Part shown: positions 1-10,404 of the stretch, one piece after another
Numbering within the stretch: position 1 is the stretch's first letter
Layout: the number at the start of each line of letters is the position of its first letter
NCBI GenBank assembly: GCA_021324115.1
Contig: JAJPJS010000025.1
Span: 83,661-147,660 of the forward strand
Direction: 5' to 3'
DNA from: Nitrososphaerota archaeon
GTDB lineage: Archaea > Thermoproteota > Nitrososphaeria > Conexivisphaerales > DTJL01
DNA length: 64,000 nucleotides
Position numbers and translations under genes: made by a program
The notes under the pieces: generated by a model
What the model saw: only the letters and a program-made list of their open reading frames with translations
Told to the model about the DNA's origin: nothing
Databases searched by the model: none

Positions 1-1179
1 TTTGCCGACGAGGTTACTTCGACATACGAAATCCAGGGTCCATTCCCGGTTTACGACCTGTCCTTACCCGATTACGGACAGAACTTTGTCGGCGGGGAAG
101 GTGGACTACTTCTCCACAACACTGTTACTCAGCAGCAGCTGGCAAAATGGTCAGACAGCAACGTCGTTGTGTATGTTGGTTGCGGCGAAAGAGGTAACGA
201 GATGACCGAAGTCCTGGTTACCTTCCCAGAATTGAAGGATCCAAAGTCAGGTAGGCCGCTGCTGGAAAGAACTATCCTTGTCGCCAACACCTCGAACATG
301 CCTGTAGCAGCCAGGGAGGCCAGCATATACACCGGAATAACCATGGCAGAGTACTACAGAGACATGGGGTACGATGTTGCACTCATGGCTGACAGCACGT
401 CACGCTGGGCCGAAGCGCTTAGGGAGATATCCGGCAGGTTGGAGGAGATGCCCGGGGAGGAAGGTTATCCTGCCTACCTTGGGAAGCGGCTCGCCGAATT
501 CTACGAAAGGTCGGGGAGGGTGATGGTTCTTTCACCCGACGAAAGGGTTGGTTCTGTAACCATCGTGGGTGCGGTTTCGCCTCCAGGGGGGGATTTCTCA
601 GAACCCGTTTCACAGAATACACTGAGGGTGACCAGGGTGTTCTGGGCACTCGATGCTAGCCTTGCAGGTAGAAGACACTTCCCGGCGATCAACTGGCTCA
701 CCAGCTATTCCCTGTACACGGATGATCTTGCGGGGTGGGGAAGGAAGAACGTGGCCAACGACTGGCCCGAAGTTACATCCAGAGCGCTTGAGATGCTGCA
801 GAAGGAGTCAGAGCTCCAGGATATCGTGCAGCTGGTGGGATACGATGCGCTGCCTGAAACCGAAAAGGGGGTTCTAGACGTAGCAAAGATGATCAGGGAA
901 GACTTCCTTCAGCAGAGCGCATTTGACGATGTCGATACATACTCATCCATAACAAAACAGTATTTGATGCTTAAGACGATACTTGAATTTGGCGAAAGGG
1001 AGTCTGAGGCCATAAAGGCCGGCGCTCAGGCAAATCAGGTTTCGGTTTTGGAGGTAAAGAACAAGATCTCAAGGATGAAGTGGACACCCGAAGAAAAGAT
1101 CGTAGCTCTTGTAGAAGAGATAGAAAAGGAAATGAAGGAAGAATTTGAGAAACTGGTTCAGAGCGTGATTGCCACTTGA
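1..1179 (+). CDS. atpA: A1AO ATP synthase catalytic subunit A, 3' part (partial; gene starts upstream of the window). Nt 1-120 encode the C-terminal end of an intein.
   Basis: Frame 1 is open from nt 1. Translation: ...[25 protein letters not shown]|[32 protein letters not shown].... The downstream sequence is the conserved A-subunit block after the P-loop Lys. The preceding 40 aa match intein C-terminal blocks F/G (VYDL...NF...HN followed by Thr+1). The rest matches A subunit through ...[15 protein letters not shown].... Confidence 0.85.
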   Translation, partial: FADEVTSTYEIQGPFPVYDLSLPDYGQNFVGGEGGLLLHNTVTQQQLAKWSDSNVVVYVGCGERGNEMTEVLVTFPELKDPKSGRPLLERTILVANTSNMPVAAREASIYTGITMAEYYRDMGYDVALMADSTSRWAEALREISGRLEEMPGEEGYPAYLGKRLAEFYERSGRVMVLSPDERVGSVTIVGAVSPPGGDFSEPVSQNTLRVTRVFWALDASLAGRRHFPAINWLTSYSLYTDDLAGWGRKNVANDWPEVTSRALEMLQKESELQDIVQLVGYDALPETEKGVLDVAKMIREDFLQQSAFDDVDTYSSITKQYLMLKTILEFGERESEAIKAGAQANQVSVLEVKNKISRMKWTPEEKIVALVEEIEKEMKEEFEKLVQSVIAT

Positions 1180-2567
1180 TTCCACTCTCGTATCGGACGA
1201 TATCCCAGGTTTCGGGCCCTCTTCTTTTTGTTGAAAAGGTCAGAGACGCAGCGTACGGCGAAATAGTTGAGATAACAAACGCCGTTGGGGAAAGACTCAG
1301 GGGCCAGGTGCTGGATTCAAGCAATGGAATGGCGATAGTACAGGTTTTTGGCTCGACGATGGGTCTCAACGTAGGTGAAACTTCCGTAAAATTCCTTGGT
1401 GAAACCGCCAGCGTGTCTGTGTCAGATGAAATGCTTGGAAGGACCTTCGACGGGCTCGGTAATCCGAGGGACGGGGGCCCGAGGGTAATCTCCAGAAAGA
1501 AGGTAGAAATCGTCGGCTCGGGCATCAATCCCTACAGCAGGGATGAGCCGTCCGAATTCATCCAGAGCGGAATTTCATCTATAGACGGCATGAACACTCT
1601 TGTAAGAGGGCAGAAGCTCCCCCTCTTTTCTGCCTCGGGTCTGCCTCACAACCTGCTGGCTTCTCAGATCGCCAGGCAGGCGAAGGTGCTTGGCGCCTCA
1701 GAGAGCTTCGCCGTTGTGTTTGCGGCCATGGGAATAACCAGCGAGGAGGCGAACTTCTTCGTCAAGCAGTTTGAGGAAACCGGTGCACTAGAAAGGACGG
1801 TGCTGTTTCTGAATCTGGCATCGGACCCATCGATGGAAAGGATACTCACACCAAGGCTTGCCCTTACCACCGCCGAATACCTTGCTTACGAAACGGAAAG
1901 GCACGTCCTCGTGATAATGACCGACATGACCACGTACTGTGAAGCGCTCAGGGAAATATCCGCTGCCAGAAACGAAGTACCCGGAAGAAGGGGATATCCA
2001 GGTTACATGTACACAGACCTTGCGACACTGTACGAGAGGGCCGGAAGAATCAGGGGAAGGAACGGCTCGATCACTCAGCTTCCAATACTCACGATGCCAG
2101 CCGATGACAAGACGCACCCGATACCCGACCTTACCGGCTACATAACGGAGGGTCAGGTCTACCTCAGCAGGGAGCTGGAAAGGGCAGGAATATACCCCCC
2201 GATAGACGTCCTTGAAAGCCTCTCAAGGCTGATGAATCAGGGAATAGGCAAGGGAAGGACCAGGGAGGACCACAGGGGTCTTGCCGACCAGCTTTATGCT
2301 TCGTATGCTCAGGGGAAGGATGTCAGGGCCCTTTCCGCGATTGTGGGGGAGGAGGCATTGAGCGCCACCGACAAGAAACTCCTCAGGATAACGGAGAAGT
2401 TTGAGAAAATGTTTGTGGCGCAGGGTGTGCGTGAAGACAGAACGATTGAGCAGACTCTTGACATAGGCTGGCGTGTGATCGACGAGCTTTCCGACTCTGA
2501 AATCAAGAGGATAAAGCCGGATTTGATATCCAAGTACCGACCAAAGAAGGTAGAGCAGGTTAGTTGA
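1176..2567 (+). CDS. atpB: A1AO ATP synthase subunit B
   Basis: 463 aa; the ATGA overlap with atpA suggests translational coupling. N-terminal beta-barrel plus nucleotide-binding-domain pattern of the regulatory B subunit (...[15 protein letters not shown]..., [15 protein letters not shown]). Confidence 0.9.
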   Translation: MIPLSYRTISQVSGPLLFVEKVRDAAYGEIVEITNAVGERLRGQVLDSSNGMAIVQVFGSTMGLNVGETSVKFLGETASVSVSDEMLGRTFDGLGNPRDGGPRVISRKKVEIVGSGINPYSRDEPSEFIQSGISSIDGMNTLVRGQKLPLFSASGLPHNLLASQIARQAKVLGASESFAVVFAAMGITSEEANFFVKQFEETGALERTVLFLNLASDPSMERILTPRLALTTAEYLAYETERHVLVIMTDMTTYCEALREISAARNEVPGRRGYPGYMYTDLATLYERAGRIRGRNGSITQLPILTMPADDKTHPIPDLTGYITEGQVYLSRELERAGIYPPIDVLESLSRLMNQGIGKGRTREDHRGLADQLYASYAQGKDVRALSAIVGEEALSATDKKLLRITEKFEKMFVAQGVREDRTIEQTLDIGWRVIDELSDSEIKRIKPDLISKYRPKKVEQVS

Positions 2568-2620
2568 AATCCCAAAACCGCGAATCTCTCAGCGAGAAAA
2601 ACGAGGAGTGAAAACAGCAA

Positions 2621-3256
2621 ATGCCTGTCGCCACGAATGTAAGGCCAACAAGGATGGAATACCTCAGAACAATAAGGAGAATCGCCGTGGCGAGGAAGGG
2701 GCTGAAGCTTCTCAAGCTCAAGAGACAGGCACTCATACTTGAATTCTTTGCGTTGAGCAGGACGATAGCAAACCTGAGGACCGGACTCAAGAGAAAGCTT
2801 GCCGGTGGCTATGAATCCATGCACAGGGCCGAGCTGTTTGCGGGTCCTCTAAGGCTCGAGTATGAGTCAATGAGGATACCAAAGATAAAGGAGCTGAGGG
2901 TACGAAGTAAAAACGTAATGGGGGTCAGGATACCGAAGATCGAACAGCAGGAGATATCTATTCTTGGAGAGGAGTATTTGCTTGAGCTTCCGGCATCGAT
3001 AAACCAGGCAATAAAGAGCTACAGGGAGATCCACAGGATGGTGCTGGATGTCGCTGAAAAGGAGACCTCGCTAAGGAAGCTCCTGCTCGAGATCGAAAGG
3101 ATCAAGAGAAGGTCAAATGCGATCGAAAACGTCCTCATTCCGAGGCTTGAAGCGAATGCCAGATACATCAAGTTCAGATTTGATGAAATGGAAAGGGAAA
3201 ACTTCGTTAAGCTTAAGAGTGTCAAAGCCAAAATAGCACAAAGGAGGGCCGTCTGA
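2621..3256 (+). CDS. atpD: A1AO ATP synthase subunit D (central stalk)
   Basis: 211 aa coiled-coil protein. N-terminus MEYLRTIRRIAVARKGLKLLKLKRQALILEF is typical of V/A-type D subunits. Confidence 0.8.
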   Translation: MPVATNVRPTRMEYLRTIRRIAVARKGLKLLKLKRQALILEFFALSRTIANLRTGLKRKLAGGYESMHRAELFAGPLRLEYESMRIPKIKELRVRSKNVMGVRIPKIEQQEISILGEEYLLELPASINQAIKSYREIHRMVLDVAEKETSLRKLLLEIERIKRRSNAIENVLIPRLEANARYIKFRFDEMERENFVKLKSVKAKIAQRRAV

Positions 3257-3499
3257 ATGTCAGATTCGGAGCAGTCGGAGAAAGCCGAGGGGAGCCAGTC
3301 CGGGGTCCGAGAGTCCTCTAAGAAGAAATGGTACATGCCTAAATATTACTACTGGGGCAAAGCACCGCCAAAGCCTCGTGCTATTCCGCCTGCGCAGAAT
3401 CCAGAACAGAAGAAGTTCGTAAGGATAATGCTAGCATTGCGCTTTGCGAAGGTGGCGGCTGTGGTGATAGTCTTTCTCCTTCTGTTATCCAGGCTGTGA
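3257..3499 (+). CDS. Small Lys-rich N-terminus / single-TM protein, unknown function, inside the ATPase operon
   Basis: 80-aa ORF. Its ATG overlaps the atpD stop (TGAATG). C-terminal hydrophobic helix VAAVVIVFLLLLS. Sits between atpD and atpH. Confidence 0.35.
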   Translation: MSDSEQSEKAEGSQSGVRESSKKKWYMPKYYYWGKAPPKPRAIPPAQNPEQKKFVRIMLALRFAKVAAVVIVFLLLLSRL

Positions 3500-3837
3500 T
3501 CCACATGTCAGATCAGAACTACATTGAAGTGCTTCAGAAGCTGAAAAAGGCCGAAGAGGAAACAAATGCGGCGATCCAGAGCAGACGACAGGAGCTCGAA
3601 AATGAATACAAAAGGCTGGAGCAGGATCAACTTCGGCGTCTCGAGGAAGCGATGAAAAAAGCATCCGACTTCGTGGAAAAGGCCGTGGAAGCCGAAAGGG
3701 CAAAGGCCGAAGAAGAGTCGCGGAATATAATACAGGAAGCGGAAAGCAAGGCGAACGAAATAGCAAAGAAAACTCTAGATGACCAGACCATCACCTGGAT
3801 AATCGAGCGGGTTCTGCTTTCTGATTTCAGGGAGTGA
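3496..3837 (+). CDS. atpH: A1AO ATP synthase peripheral-stalk subunit H (G/H-like coiled coil)
   Basis: 113 aa, highly charged coiled coil (EEETNAAIQSRRQELENEYKRLEQD...). Overlaps the previous ORF by 4 nt and immediately precedes atpI. Confidence 0.55.
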   Translation: MIHMSDQNYIEVLQKLKKAEEETNAAIQSRRQELENEYKRLEQDQLRRLEEAMKKASDFVEKAVEAERAKAEEESRNIIQEAESKANEIAKKTLDDQTITWIIERVLLSDFRE

Positions 3838-3843
3838 TGCGCC

Positions 3844-5889
3844 ATGATGAGGCCTGCAAAGATGAGCCGGATAGCAGTAGTTGGAAGCAGGGAGAAGAGG
3901 TCGGTGGTCCTTTCAATACTGCATGACATGGGGGTGATGCAGGTCGAAACACTCTCTTCCAAGGCAGCCTCACTCGTGAAGAACGAAATAGACAGCATAA
4001 CCTTCAGGGAGGTGAACGAAGAGCTGCTGAGAATAAGGGCTCTGAGAGCGGCTCTTCCACCATTGGAAGTGAAGGAAAGGCGGAGGTTCGAGTCTCTCGG
4101 ACAGCTTATGCAGGTTGCTGGTGCGATAGACATAGATTCAGAGGTGAGCGAGCTGCAGAAGAGAGCCGAGAGCCTGATGGCAAGCAGGGAGCAGCTCCAA
4201 GACAGGTTGAAGCTGGTTCAGAATCTTGCTTTTATCAACGCTGACCTTTCCATATTGAATCTGAGCGAAGTAACCCCCTTCTATGGTAGGCTGTCAAAGC
4301 AGAGGTTTGAACGGTTCAAGGAGCTGACGGGTTCCCTTCTCCAGAAGGGTATCGTTTATTCTGTCAACGAGGGGGAAGACGTGAAGCTGATCGTCCTGGT
4401 CCCCAATACACTTCTAGAACAGTTTGGGTCCGCGATCCAGAAGCTGGACATAAAATTTCAAAGAATCCCCGAAATGGAGGGTCATCCTGAACAGCTCCTG
4501 GATAAACTCAATGAATCAATATCAAATATGGATAGGGAGCTGGCTGAGATAAGGGAAAAGCTGAGGAAGCTCTCGGAGCGATACTATCCATCGCTTTCAT
4601 CAATTGAGGAACAACTCACGATAGAGGCAAGGAAACTTGAGGTGATTTCGAGTTTGGGTTTTACTCAAAGCACCTTTGTCATGGAGGGTTGGGTGGCTTC
4701 AGATACGATCCCGGTTCTTCAGCAGGCGTTCGAAAGGTATGCCGAATCAAAGGCTTTCGTTTTCGAAATGAAAACAGATGAAAGACCACCAACCCTTATG
4801 AAGAATCCCAGACAGATCAAACTTTTCGAATCATTCATCAGGTTCTACTCTCTCCCCCAACCCTTCGAAGTGGACCCCACCCCCATCTTCGCCTTCACAT
4901 TTCCTGTTTTCTTCGGCTTGATGCTTGGCGATGTGGGATACGGGCTTGTAATATTATTGATATCAATGTGGATAATCAGACACGTTAGAGGAGGTGGAAA
5001 GACAAGGGTTCCTAAGTTTCTGCTTTCATTTGCAAAGAGAATACTGAAGCCATCCCAGTATGCCAAGGTTGCTTCGGCGATGCTTCCTGGTGCGGTCCTT
5101 GGCATAGTCTTCGGCTTCCTCTTTGATGGATACTTCGGATTCCCTCTAAACCGCTACATATTTCCTTATCTGAATATGGCTCTGGGGATCCATCTTCCGG
5201 CTAGCGGCGCATTCCTGGACCCTCTTTCAACCCTTGGTCTCAAGACCCTTCTCCTGATAAGCGGTTACATTGGACTTTTCGAGGTCTCTCTCGGTCTTGT
5301 TATCGGTTCGTTGAATAGCTACTGGTTAAAAGAATACAGGCACTCAATGGGCAAGCTGGGCTGGCTCTTTGTGTCCTGGGGAATCGCTCTGATCGGTCTC
5401 ACCCTTCTCCATCACCAGAGCGTGAACCCGTTGCAAAATCCACTTTCTGGAGCATACCTTGGAGTGATGATCGGCGGATTGGGACTTGTCGTGGCAGGGG
5501 AGGGTGCGGGTTCACTCATCGAGCTCCCGTCCATGATAAGCCACATAATTTCATACACGAGGCTTCTGGGGATACTGCTTGCGTCGGTGGTTCTTGCCGG
5601 AGTAATAGACCAGGTGTTTCTCGGTTCACTCGGAGGGGGGATATTTCTTGCGATATTTGGTGTCGTGCTACTTGTTGCGGGGCAGGCTTTCAACCTTCTG
5701 CTTGCGCTGTTTGAACCGGGGATACAGGGAGCAAGGCTGCTTTACGTGGAGTTCTTTTCGAACTTCTTTCATGGGAACGGCAGGAGATTTTCACCGTTCG
5801 GAGGCGAGAGGCGGTACACCTACAAGGAAATCGAAGTCCCTCAGGAAAACCGACGGCCAAAGAAGCAGACCGAAGATAGCTCAACGTGA
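3844..5889 (+). CDS. atpI: A1AO ATP synthase subunit I (membrane a-subunit)
   Basis: 681 aa. Soluble coiled-coil N-terminal half plus multi-TM C-terminal half with the conserved Arg-containing helix region. Size and architecture fit subunit I. Confidence 0.85.
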   Translation: MMRPAKMSRIAVVGSREKRSVVLSILHDMGVMQVETLSSKAASLVKNEIDSITFREVNEELLRIRALRAALPPLEVKERRRFESLGQLMQVAGAIDIDSEVSELQKRAESLMASREQLQDRLKLVQNLAFINADLSILNLSEVTPFYGRLSKQRFERFKELTGSLLQKGIVYSVNEGEDVKLIVLVPNTLLEQFGSAIQKLDIKFQRIPEMEGHPEQLLDKLNESISNMDRELAEIREKLRKLSERYYPSLSSIEEQLTIEARKLEVISSLGFTQSTFVMEGWVASDTIPVLQQAFERYAESKAFVFEMKTDERPPTLMKNPRQIKLFESFIRFYSLPQPFEVDPTPIFAFTFPVFFGLMLGDVGYGLVILLISMWIIRHVRGGGKTRVPKFLLSFAKRILKPSQYAKVASAMLPGAVLGIVFGFLFDGYFGFPLNRYIFPYLNMALGIHLPASGAFLDPLSTLGLKTLLLISGYIGLFEVSLGLVIGSLNSYWLKEYRHSMGKLGWLFVSWGIALIGLTLLHHQSVNPLQNPLSGAYLGVMIGGLGLVVAGEGAGSLIELPSMISHIISYTRLLGILLASVVLAGVIDQVFLGSLGGGIFLAIFGVVLLVAGQAFNLLLALFEPGIQGARLLYVEFFSNFFHGNGRRFSPFGGERRYTYKEIEVPQENRRPKKQTEDSST

Positions 5890-5905
5890 CGCGGGGTAAT
5901 ATAGT

Positions 5906-7012
5906 CTATTCCTTGAGCAGGATCGAATTGATGTACATGACCGGAAGCCTGTACTCTCTGCCGTAGACGATTCGTCTTATATTTTCCCTCTCATACTGAG
6001 CCTTCAGTAGGAACATGAAGACATCGGTGACGGATAGCAATGGGTGCATTCTGAACCTCCAGAAGTAGTTGTCAATCATTATGTTGTCAATTTCGACCTC
6101 GAATTCTGCTATGTTTCCGGAGTCTTTGAACCTCTTGATCGCGGGCGCGATGTCTATCCATTCCCTCAACGACGAAGCGAGGGTTGAGAGGTCTGGTGAA
6201 TCACATGCGGCAATGAATGTTTGTAAGCTTCCAAAGCCTCCGTAAAGCAGATGTTTTGCAATCGTATCCTTATCGATGGGTGAATCCCTTGCCTTCAGAA
6301 TAGTCAGCACATTCCTCTTCGTTATTTCTGCCATAAAATATTCCCTCAGGGCTCCTTCATCCCCCTTGTAAAACCTGAGTTCCCATAACAGCCGAGTGTA
6401 ATAATCGTTGAAGAGAGCCGCCTCAAAGACACCTATGTCTCCCGTTCTTTCGAAATCGCCCATGTGTTGAAGAAGAATCGCGCCGTATCTGTACCTTACA
6501 AGCTCCTTGATTACTGATTCGAGGTCTTTCTGCTCCATCATCAGCTTCAGATGGCTAAATGGTATAACGTTTCCTGCTATGCCGATGGGGAGATTTCTCG
6601 GAGACACGATGAAAGGCTCGGTTTCCTCGAGTTTCCTTCCGAGGCTTTTGGCTGCCAGTATAAGCAGTATATCTTCAATGTCCCATTTTGAAAGGAAGGC
6701 CTTCAATGCGTTTCTGCCATGATCAGGCACAACTTCGAGCCCAAGCCTGTTTATCTCCACCAGACGTCGGTTCAATGCCACGTCGATCGATACAGGCGGC
6801 CTGTAAAGGGAGGATGCTGCTTCTATATCGTACTTGTACCAAGTCGTGGAAAGTGCCTCTTCTATCTGGGCAGAGTCTTCCATCATATTTAGTTCATTCA
6901 TGAAATTCCTGCTCAGGAACCTCTTGTGCAGGGCCAGATATTCATTGACCAGCTGTACATTCTTCTTTCTTCTGAGCGCCTGACCATCACCGAAAGCCAA
7001 AAGATTCATCAT
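5906..7012 (-). CDS. atpC: A1AO ATP synthase subunit C (d-subunit homolog)
   Basis: 368 aa, all-alpha. Length and composition fit archaeal AtpC. Convergent with atpI. Confidence 0.7.
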   Translation of the reverse strand: MMNLLAFGDGQALRRKKNVQLVNEYLALHKRFLSRNFMNELNMMEDSAQIEEALSTTWYKYDIEAASSLYRPPVSIDVALNRRLVEINRLGLEVVPDHGRNALKAFLSKWDIEDILLILAAKSLGRKLEETEPFIVSPRNLPIGIAGNVIPFSHLKLMMEQKDLESVIKELVRYRYGAILLQHMGDFERTGDIGVFEAALFNDYYTRLLWELRFYKGDEGALREYFMAEITKRNVLTILKARDSPIDKDTIAKHLLYGGFGSLQTFIAACDSPDLSTLASSLREWIDIAPAIKRFKDSGNIAEFEVEIDNIMIDNYFWRFRMHPLLSVTDVFMFLLKAQYERENIRRIVYGREYRLPVMYINSILLKE

Positions 7013-7080
7013 ATTCTATTCCTTCTCCGCTTCCCTGTCAGCTCGATTCGACGCGAGCACCCCGATTCCTCAATCTCCGG

Positions 7081-7341
7081 TCAGAACACGTTCAGCAGCA
7101 GTATTACTCCGAGCACAAAGCCGACGATCCAAAGTGTCTCCGGAACCACGAAGAAGAACAGAACTTGGCCGAATCTTTCGGGTTTTTCACCGATTATACC
7201 CATGCCCGATGCACCCATTGCCTGCTGTGCGTAGGCGGTGGCGATTAGTCCTGCTGCCATGACGATCGCTGCCCCTATGACCTCTGCAACCACTATCTCG
7301 ACAGGTACTGTCAACCCAACCCCCCTTGTTGTGTTGGGCAA
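7081..7341 (-). CDS. atpK: A1AO ATP synthase proteolipid subunit K (c subunit)
   Basis: 86 aa. Two-helix hairpin with Gly/Ala-rich helix 1 and the conserved carboxylate in helix 2 (FFVVPETLWIVGF). Confidence 0.8.
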   Translation of the reverse strand: MPNTTRGVGLTVPVEIVVAEVIGAAIVMAAGLIATAYAQQAMGASGMGIIGEKPERFGQVLFFFVVPETLWIVGFVLGVILLLNVF

Positions 7342-7582
7342 TGAAATGAAATAAAAGGTCGTCTGTTCAAAAGCATTAAAATATCAACATGTGTAGACGC
7401 CCTTCTGTTTGTTCGCTTCGATGAGCAGTTTGATATTTCTGAACTTATTCAGAAAATCGGTGAAACTTCGGCACCGCAAGCCGGATGACTCTGCTTAGGA
7501 GTCTGGCATTCGAAATTTTCGGGAGCCGCCTTCCGTTTGAACAGACCTGACCATCGCCGCAGTCGAAGGGCCCTGCCTTTTT

Positions 7583-8830
7583 ATGATTCTAAGAGCGACG
7601 TCCGTCGCTGGCAGACAACTTTTGAAACCAAACGAAGATGAAACTCCTGAGAATGATCATTCGCCTGCAGGGGTTCTTCCTGCACTTTTGGTCATGATGC
7701 TTACAAGGCTTTCATTTGGAGCACTCGCCATAATCTTCCCGCTTTACATCAATACTACAGGATTGGCGACAGGCGTAGCGCTTGCACTCTACCCTCTACT
7801 TGAGGCGTTTTCGGCATCCCCGATCGGTTCTTATTCCGACAGGGTTGGGCGGAAGTACCTGTTCGCATCTGGCCTTATTTCCTTGGCAGTCCTAAATTTC
7901 ATGATGGGCCTTACAAGGAATTATTTCGTCATAGCAATCATTCACTCCCTGATGGGCATATCCGCTGCCGCCGTCACCGTGTCAACCCTAGCGCTCATCA
8001 CAGATTACACGAAAACGTCGAACAGGGGCAGGTGGATGGGAGCGTTTGATATGGCAAATTTGCTCGGATACGCACTCGGATTCCTTCTCGGTTCCTACTT
8101 TGCAGTCCATTTCCGGTCGGACCTGAGTCTTGAATTCTTTGTGATCGCAGGTACCCTTGGCGCAACTTCAGTGGTTGCGATGGTATTTGTGAGGGACGTC
8201 AAGATGCAGAGGATAGGGAGCTTCATACTGAACCCTTTCAGTGGCATGTCACGCTCGGTGAGCGTATTAACTCCCATTTGGTTTGCACTAACCACCATAA
8301 TCGGAGTCGCTTTCTTTCTTCCGAAGGCACTAAATTCAGGAGGAGTGGCGCAGCTGAGCACAGGCTTTCTCCTAACCGGCGTGGTCGCAATTCTCGGCCT
8401 CGGCTCGGTTTTCTGGGGAGTTGTGTCTGATCACATCGGTAGAATGAGGACTCTTCTGATCGGCGTGGTGAGCATGAACATTTTTCTCGTTTATCTACTC
8501 TTGATCGGCACAGAACCAGCCACTCTCTTTTCTGGGCCGCATATTGTTGTCATAGGCTCACTTGTGATACTGCTTTCTGCAGTGGTTCCATCCCTTCTTG
8601 CGGCGGTTGGCGACGATGCTCGGACCTCAAGAAGGGGGTCTGTCATGGGTCTCTACGGTCTACTTCTGAGCCTTGGACTCGCCTTCGGTAATCTTATCGC
8701 CGGGTTGGGGTTTGACTGGATGAACCTTGAAGGGCTCATTCTGCTGGCCCTGATTCAACTACTGGTGAACGAGGGCCTTGTTATTACCCTCATGTACCTG
8801 TCAGGCCGGGGTGCGAAGAAGCCTGTTTAG
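7583..8830 (+). CDS. MFS family transporter
   Basis: 415 aa, about 12 TM. MFS signature loop between TM2 and TM3 (SDRVGRKY). The true start may be the internal Met (MMLTRL). Confidence 0.75.
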   Translation: MILRATSVAGRQLLKPNEDETPENDHSPAGVLPALLVMMLTRLSFGALAIIFPLYINTTGLATGVALALYPLLEAFSASPIGSYSDRVGRKYLFASGLISLAVLNFMMGLTRNYFVIAIIHSLMGISAAAVTVSTLALITDYTKTSNRGRWMGAFDMANLLGYALGFLLGSYFAVHFRSDLSLEFFVIAGTLGATSVVAMVFVRDVKMQRIGSFILNPFSGMSRSVSVLTPIWFALTTIIGVAFFLPKALNSGGVAQLSTGFLLTGVVAILGLGSVFWGVVSDHIGRMRTLLIGVVSMNIFLVYLLLIGTEPATLFSGPHIVVIGSLVILLSAVVPSLLAAVGDDARTSRRGSVMGLYGLLLSLGLAFGNLIAGLGFDWMNLEGLILLALIQLLVNEGLVITLMYLSGRGAKKPV

Positions 8831-9852
8831 CTTTTGAGACGAGGCCGCAGAACCTTAAAGGTATCCCAAAGGCTGGGATTTACTCCGGTTATCATGAAGT
8901 TTCTCTTGAACCACAGAAAGATTCTGACAGCCGGAAGGAAGCTGTTCAGCAGGTTATCTGTGTGTCCCATCTTTCTTCTTATGTAGTCGTAAGAAAGGTC
9001 GTAGGCTGAGAATTTTGACAGCACGGATCTCTGGTACGAATCCAAGTCGTCGAGTGACTGGCTGAGCATGTCTGCAGCGTACATGCTGGGCAGTATTCCC
9101 TCGCCCAGGATGGGATATACCGTCCCGATCGCTTCGCCCACACCCACTACATTTCCCTTTCGGTGCGGGAAAACAGACCTTGGCGCCGCAACCCTGATAG
9201 GCTTCCCCATTGTCCGAACCCGCTCGGAAGGGGGATACCTGCGCAGAAAATCCTCAACCCTTGCTTGGTGCTTTTTCCACACATCCCCCGCACCCACGAA
9301 TGCATCGTGTTCACCAAGAGGAAAATACCAGAGATAGCCGCTGAAGCTGTTGAAAGGCTCGATGTAGAAATCGTCGAAAGGAAGGTCCTTGTATCTGACC
9401 AACCACTGGAACGTGGGCAGGATCATGTCAGTTGGTTCCTGGACTGGCCCGATGAGCTTCCTGTACGGACCACTCGCGTCGATCACCATGTCATACTTCC
9501 CATCCAGGTCTCCGGGCCTCACAAATGTACCGTAATGGACGTTTAGTCCCTTTGCAATGTCCCTCAGCATCCGGGGTTTGTCAAATGTCACGAGCTCGGG
9601 CGCGCTGATCTTGTAAATGCTGTTGAACGCGCTCACGCTCATCTCCTTCCCTTTGTGAAGAAGGTAATCATCAAAATTCAGACCTACCTTTCTAAGAAGC
9701 TCCTTCGCTCCGCCGCGTGCAGTCGCCCATCCACAAACACTGGTAAAGCGGTCCTCAGTCTGCCCTTCAAATAGTACAACCTCATGCTTTCCTGAGAGAA
9801 GTGCACCCAGGTAGCTCCCAGCAGGTCCCGCGCCGGCAATCGCGATTTTCAA
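8827..9852 (-). CDS. FAD-dependent oxidoreductase, geranylgeranyl reductase family
   Basis: 341 aa. N-terminal Rossmann dinucleotide motif (KIAIAGAGPAGSYLG). GGR-family layout. Confidence 0.7.
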   Translation of the reverse strand: MKIAIAGAGPAGSYLGALLSGKHEVVLFEGQTEDRFTSVCGWATARGGAKELLRKVGLNFDDYLLHKGKEMSVSAFNSIYKISAPELVTFDKPRMLRDIAKGLNVHYGTFVRPGDLDGKYDMVIDASGPYRKLIGPVQEPTDMILPTFQWLVRYKDLPFDDFYIEPFNSFSGYLWYFPLGEHDAFVGAGDVWKKHQARVEDFLRRYPPSERVRTMGKPIRVAAPRSVFPHRKGNVVGVGEAIGTVYPILGEGILPSMYAADMLSQSLDDLDSYQRSVLSKFSAYDLSYDYIRRKMGHTDNLLNSFLPAVRIFLWFKRNFMITGVNPSLWDTFKVLRPRLKS

Positions 9853-9954
9853 TGCCGCATCCTACCTTGGATTTGTCGTCTCAATTAATCTCCTTTTAAG
9901 CTGCTCGGTATATCTGATCCAGGTTTATGGTTCCACAAATATGTTGCAGAATCA

Positions 9955-10000
9955 TACACCGATTTATAATATGATATAGATTTAAAAACCCACGAATTTG
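9955..10000 (+). promoter_or_regulatory. AT-rich putative archaeal BRE/TATA promoter for the nuo cluster
   Basis: tttataatatgatatagatttaaaaacc lies about 25-60 nt upstream of the nuoA start in an otherwise GC-balanced region. Confidence 0.4.
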
Positions 10001-10022
10001 GGCTTATCATGGCGCCGATGAG

Positions 10023-10400
10023 GTGTATGTGGTCTTGCTCGCACCGGACAGCGGCCCGTTCTGGTTTCTTGTTTTCTTCATGCTGCTTGCTGCAACCGGC
10101 GCCGGGCTTCTTCTTCTAGCAATGAGGCTTGCGCCGAGGGGAAGAGGGCTTCTTAAAGAGGAGACTTACGAAAGCGGTCAGGTTCCACCCGGCGGCAAAC
10201 GTGTCAGACTGGCGATGCAGTACTTTTCGTTTTTGCTCCTATTCCTTGTTTTTGACGTTGTGGCAATGTTTCTGTTCGCGTGGGGCTTTTCATTTTTTGG
10301 ATACGGTCAACTTCAGTCCGCATACATGGTTCTTCTACTTCTGTTCCTTCTTCCACCGATTTACCTCACTTTGAGGGTCGCGCGGAATGTAGGGGTGTAA
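10023..10400 (+). CDS. nuoA: NADH-quinone oxidoreductase subunit A (Nuo/Fpo A)
   Basis: 125 aa, 3 TM. Conserved YESGQ...G and LLFLVFDVV motifs. Confidence 0.8.
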   Translation: MYVVLLAPDSGPFWFLVFFMLLAATGAGLLLLAMRLAPRGRGLLKEETYESGQVPPGGKRVRLAMQYFSFLLLFLVFDVVAMFLFAWGFSFFGYGQLQSAYMVLLLLFLLPPIYLTLRVARNVGV

Positions 10401-10404
10401 TTCA

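Noticed and set aside
2-205. 67-aa ORF in frame 2 at the window start
   Set aside because: It overlaps frame 1, which encodes conserved AtpA/intein sequence to the window edge. The frame-2 translation has no recognisable features.
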